A stretch of DNA of 64,000 nucleotides from Vicugna vicugna (Eukaryota): contig MU057744.1 in the NCBI GenBank assembly GCA_013265495.1, positions 2,121,370 to 2,185,369 on the forward strand. Direction: 5' to 3'. This document shows, piece by piece, positions 59,612 through 64,000 of the stretch. Both the position numbers and the translations under genes were made by a program. The first letter of the stretch is position 1; every line of letters begins with the position of its first letter. The notes under the pieces were generated by a model that saw only the letters and a program-made list of their open reading frames with translations, had not been told where the DNA came from and searched no databases.

Positions 59612-60040
59612 ATAATGCTATTTGCTGCAACATGGATGGACCTGGAGATCATCATTCTAAGTGAAGTCAGCCAGAAAGAAAGAGGAAAATATCATATGAT
59701 ATCAGTTATATGTGGAATCTTAAAAAAAAGAAAGACACAACTGAATTTATTTACAAAACAGAAACAGAATCACAGACAGAAAACAAACTTATGGTTACCA
59801 GGGGGTGGGGAAGAGGGTAGGAACAGATAAATTGGGGGTTTGAAGTTTGCAGATACTGACTACTATATACAGAATAGATAAACAACAAGGTCCTACTATA
59901 CAGCACAGGGAACTATAGTCAATATCTTGTAGTAACCTATAATGAAAAAGAATATGAAAAGGAATATACGTGTATATATGTATGGCTAAAGCATTGTGCT
60001 GTACACCAGCATTGCAACTAACTAGAGTTCAATTAAAATA
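59612..60040 (+). mobile_element. 5'-truncated LINE-1 (ORF2 end plus 3' UTR)
   Basis: ORF MLFAATWMDLEIIILSEVSQKE; 3' UTR homologous to 2407-2920 and 19230-19839. Confidence 0.93.
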
Positions 60041-60334
60041 ATTACATCAAACCGTGACCCCATTTCACAGTGCAGCATCTCTCATCAACTAGCCTTTCCT
60101 GTTTCCTCTATCGGGTCTTCATTCACCAGCCAAACTCAAACTTACATTCACAAATGCACAAGCATTCCTTTTTTCACATCCTAAGAATTTGTAAAATCTA
60201 AAAAGGAGGGATGTAAGAATGAGCACTTCCTTTTGGGGGCTTTAAAATACATATGCTATCAGATGTTCGTTGTGCTCTTCAGACGCCCGGGAGATATGGT
60301 TCACTACATTACCGCTTTCTTTTAATGAAAACCT

Positions 60335-60553
60335 CCTAAAAAGGCGGAAGCAACTCAAGTGTCCAATGATGAATGAAGGAGTCCATTAACTGTGATATAT
60401 ACATACAATGGAATATTATTCGGCGTTAAAAAGAAAGGAAATTCGGATACATATTATAATATGGGTGAATCTTAAAAATATTATACTAAGTGAAATAAGC
60501 CAGTTGCAAAAAGACAAATATTGTGTGATTCTGTTTATATGTGGTTCCTAGAG
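60335..60553 (+). mobile_element. L1MB-like 3' fragment
   Basis: 'ggaagcaactcaagtgtcca...acaatggaatattattcggcgttaaaaagaaaggaaattc...ctaagtgaaataagccag'. Confidence 0.8.
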
Positions 60554-60650
60554 AATTTCTTCATCCTGATATTACGCTAAGAATCAATAAAGAAGAATGA
60601 CTCTGATCTCAAATAGACGCATCTAAATGCAGTTGTGCCACTTGTTAGTA

Positions 60651-60676
60651 AAAGAAAAAAAGAAAGAGAGAGAGAG

Positions 60677-60759
<83 letters not shown>

Positions 60760-60791
60760 AGGAAAGAAGGAAAGAAGGAAAGAAAAAGAAA
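60651..60791. repeat. Compound polypurine microsatellite (GA)n(GAAA)n(GGAA/GAAA)
   Basis: About 20 consecutive GAAA units; explains the K/E/R-rich ORFs at 60577-60857. Confidence 0.97.
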
Positions 60792-61186
60792 GCAAGCAAG
60801 CTAGCTTTCTGGAATAAACACGCTACTTCTTTGTGGAATCAGCCAGCGTCTGCTTAGCAGGTCTCCCGCTTTAGACTCACACACACACTGAAGTAAGTAC
60901 CCGACTTCATTTCACTTTTTCGTCTTGACTGCTAGAAGGTGTGTGGCTTCCTCTCACCTCTGTTCTGTTAGAAGACTTCTTGGGCCTTCCTCCACTTTTC
61001 ATTTGTATATAGTTTTTGTATGTATCAACCACCATGTATCTTGCTGGGATAGTTTATGCTACAAATAAAGAATTTAAAACATACATTAAAAGGATTACAT
61101 TTACTGAGTGCCAGTAACGCACTAGGAATTCTCTTTAGGTCATATGTCATTTCTTTTTCAAATAATAATAATACTTACGATATATT

Positions 61187-61399
61187 CATGGGCAAAACCA
61201 AGCTTTGTGGGGCCTAAAGCTCACATAGGGGACTTTCTCATAAAAGAATATAAAAAATGATACTAGTATTGCGACCATTACAGAAACACCAGACCATGCC
61301 CACCCAGTGGGGGAGCCCCAGGCGGGGCCCTGGAGGGGGCCTGTGCGAGTGAGGGGCCCTGACTTACGCTTTGTTCGTGTCCAGCGCAGTCGCCCTCTG
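61187..61399 (+). mobile_element. hAT-Tip100 MITE (ORSL-like)
   Basis: 'ccaagctttgtggggcctaaagctcaca...gggccctggagggggcctgtgcgagtgaggggccctga...gccctctg' matches the recalled ORSL consensus ends. Confidence 0.55.
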
Positions 61400-61646
61400 C
61401 GAGTGCTGCCTGTCTGCACCGTGTGAGTCACTTTTGGACTCGGACTGGGACTTACCCCGCTGGCCCGCTGGCACTGATGCCGCCTCTGAGTCTGGACTGG
61501 AACCACACCACCTGGGCCTCCAGCCTGCGGGTGGCGGACGGTGGGGCTTCTCAGTCTCCATTTCTGCTGAGCCAGCTCCTCACGGTAACTCTCTCTATAT
61601 ATCTATTCTGGTCTTTCTGTTTCTCTAGAGAACCCTGAGTCACACA
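61400..61646 (+). mobile_element. MLT2B-like (ERVL) LTR 3' part
   Basis: 'ggactggaaccacaccacctgggcctccagcctgc...gcttctcagtctccat...tctgtttctctagagaaccctgagtcacaca'. Confidence 0.82.
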
Positions 61647-61713
61647 GAGAGGTCACACGTATTTTTCAAGAGCAAAGGACTGTATGTGGTAGATGTGTAT
61701 TTGAACACTGTTC

Positions 61714-61855
61714 CTTTTTAGCAATTGTTTCTGGAGGGGGAGACAATTCAGTTTATTTCTTAATTAATTAATTTTAACGGAGATACTGGGGATTGAACCC
61801 AGGGCCTTGTGCATGCTAGGCACACACGCTGCCACCGAGCTGGACCATCCCCCGG
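61714..61855 (-). mobile_element. tRNA-derived SINE (Vic-1-like, more diverged)
   Basis: 'tactggggattgaacccagggccttgtgcatgctaggcacacacgctgccaccgagct'; TSD GAACACTGTTC (61703-61713) / GAGCACTGTTC (61856-61866). Confidence 0.9.
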
Positions 61856-62148
61856 GAGCACTGTTCTGTTTGAATCTCAAACTTATTTCTTCAAGTTGCA
61901 TTTATTAAATAGCTTGCATACCAGGCCCTGGGTTAAGCATTGGTGTCCTGTGACAAACCAGACGGCTGTCCTGTTCTCATGAGGCTCCTCGTGTAATTCT
62001 TTCTATTACAGGAGCTGGTCATTCAACTCCTTACTCATTATATATATATTTTATTTATTTATTTTTTGCCCACTACAAACAATGCTTCAAGGAGTATTTT
62101 CCATGCTGTTTCTTGTTCATTGGTGTTTTAGCTTTATAGGAGAGATTT

Positions 62149-62472
62149 CTTTCTTTCTTTTTTTTTTTTTGTCCATTAGATTTTTTTTAATTGAAGTATA
62201 ATCAGGTATAATCTGTCAATTTCTGGTGTACAGCATGCTGTCCCATACATATATTTGTTTTCATATTCTTTTTCATTGAAGGTTATTACAAGGTATTGAA
62301 TATAGCTCCCTGTGCTGTACAGAAAAAAAACTGGTTTTTATCCATCTTTATATATAGTGTTTAACATTTGCAAATCCAAACTCCCAGATTTATCCCTTCC
62401 CACCCCCTTTCCCTGGTAACCATAAGATTGCTTACTGTGTTTGCGAGCCTGTTCCTGTTTTGTAGATGAGAA
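62149..62472 (-). mobile_element. LINE-1 3' UTR (antisense) with double A-tail
   Basis: 'ttaattgaagtataatcag...gtattgaatatagctccctgtgctgtacag...tttatcccttcccacc...ggtaaccataag'. Confidence 0.92.
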
Positions 62473-62699
62473 CAGTCCGAGATAGATTTTGAAGGTTTCT
62501 GTCCACTTAGAAGTCGGTGTGCATTTTTCGCTTTATGGGCTTAGCTGGAATAGCTTATAGCTGAACCTCTCATTTCCTTCTGTTAATTAATCATGACACA
62601 GATTGGCACTTTATGGGTCTTAACTTCGATCATTAAAAACCGCTGCTCACAGGCTAGATCCAACTTTGTGTCTTATACGCAGATGTTTTCTGAATTTTG

Positions 62700-63400
62700 G
62701 GCTCCCACTTGTCCATTCGCTAGTGATGACCTCAATGTCCCTGATGCCAAAAGCCTCAGACTCAGCCTGCCCAAAGCTGACATTAATGTTGGCCCGCCAG
62801 CAAAAACCCATTCCTTCTTCTGAATCGTCTGTTTCCGTTGTAACTTAGCACCAGAGTGCATCCGTTCACCCAAACCTGATTCCAGGAAGTTATCTCTTTC
62901 TCTTCAGAGCCTCTCACCCTTTATGTCAAGTCAATCAGAAAAAAAATTCTCTCAATTCTTGTTTGTTAAAAAAAAATAGGAAACACAAAACACTCATTGT
63001 TTCCAAAGCTCCATGGCACCTTTGTCCAAGGCCTCATCTTCTCTTCCTGATGTTACTGTAACGGCTTCTCATTTAGCAAACTTTCTCTGGTACCGTTTGT
63101 CCTCAAAACCATTCTCCACACTGCTGCCAGGCAGACCTTTCTGAAATGTGAGTCTGATCCCTGATTCCCTTGCTTAAAATTCCTTAACAGCGCTCCACTG
63201 CTGCCAGGACCAGCACAAACCTGCATGACGTGTCGACCTGCCGTCTACCTGTCCGGTCTCGTTGCCCCCTTCTCCTTGGGACACTCCAGTCACACCGAGT
63301 TCCTGAAAGGCTGTATCCAGCAGGCTGTGCGTGTCAGCACTTTGCACATCCTGCCTCCATCACTGGGACCACCTTTATCCCCTTCTTCATCCTTCCCTCT
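62700..63400 (+). mobile_element. L2 fragment
   Basis: 'ctcagactcagcctgcccaaagctga...attctccacactgctgccaggcagacctttctgaaatgtgagtctgatc...tgcttaaaattcctt'. Confidence 0.75.
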
Positions 63401-63642
63401 CCCTGAACCTGATTAACGTGCTGTGGGCGGTGTTTGAGGATTTCAGGGATAAGCATGGACAAGGACAGGGCCTGGACGCTGTCCTCGTAAGCTTTATGTC
63501 GACAGGTGTGCTTACGGGGACACACCTCACGGCGGGAGACGTCTGGTGTGGGGGCTGGCTTTAAGGGGGAGGGGCTCAGAGAGGGCTTGAGCATCCAGAC
63601 AGTGTGCTCAGCAGCCCGGCAAGGACTCGCCTGGGGAGACAG

Positions 63643-64000
63643 TGAAGGAGGGGGAAACAGACTAACAAACTGGCTTCCCTGACGCTAGAACTGCCGGTTC
63701 ACTCTGACGAGGAAATCCTGCACCTCGCTTTTCGTCCCTTATGGCTTTTGTGCCAAACAGCTTCCCCTCCCTGTACATTCTTTACGGAGAACAGCTTTGA
63801 CCCAGAGGCCGTGCTCCAGGAAGGAGGTAATGAACCGATAGTCTCAGCAGACGGGCAGACCCTCCGGAGTTCCTCAAGGACGCCAGGAGGATTCATCAAG
63901 GTTAATGGGAACATAGCAGCACTCTGTAAAGCACCCTGGTGGTCACCACCTTTTCTGTCCCATCCAGTTTTTCTATAAAACCTCGAGACCCCAACCTCAA
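63643..64000 (+). mobile_element. Probable ERV LTR U3 region running off the window end
   Basis: TG start 'tgaaggagggggaaacagac'; TATA 'ctataaaa' at ~63973 followed by 'cctcgagacccc'. Confidence 0.5.

Noticed and set aside
60577..60857. K/E/R-rich and F/L/S-rich ORFs
   Set aside because: Translations of the (GAAA)n microsatellite.

Overview
This 64 kb is mammalian, non-coding (intergenic or deep-intronic) DNA, most likely from a camelid (alpaca/llama/camel). The basis is six tRNA-derived SINEs matching my recollection of the camelid Vic-1 family, plus artiodactyl-type LINE-1 3' ends. I found no credible protein-coding exon, RNA gene or CRISPR array. The only ORFs with recognisable homology are decayed LINE-1 ORF2p C-terminal fragments. 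A large part of the window is interspersed repeat: L1 of several ages, L2, MIR, Vic-1-like SINEs, ERV1/ERVL/MaLR LTRs and hAT DNA transposons. Repeat-poor stretches between them may hold enhancers. The most notable structures are: (1) two near-perfect tandem triplications 2.6 kb apart, 3x140 bp and 3x70 bp, the second spanning a SINE junction; (2) nested insertions with readable target-site duplications (TSDs), namely L1 in a SINE tail, L1 in an older L1 ORF1 and L1 in a MIR; (3) several L1 tails with a second poly(A), suggesting short 3' transductions; (4) a perfect 23-bp inverted repeat in an AT-rich minisatellite; (5) an LTR with a perfect STAT/GAS site and a CCAAT box. I see no convincing new biological system. 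Repeat family names come from remembered consensus sequences, not a database search, and boundaries without TSDs are approximate.
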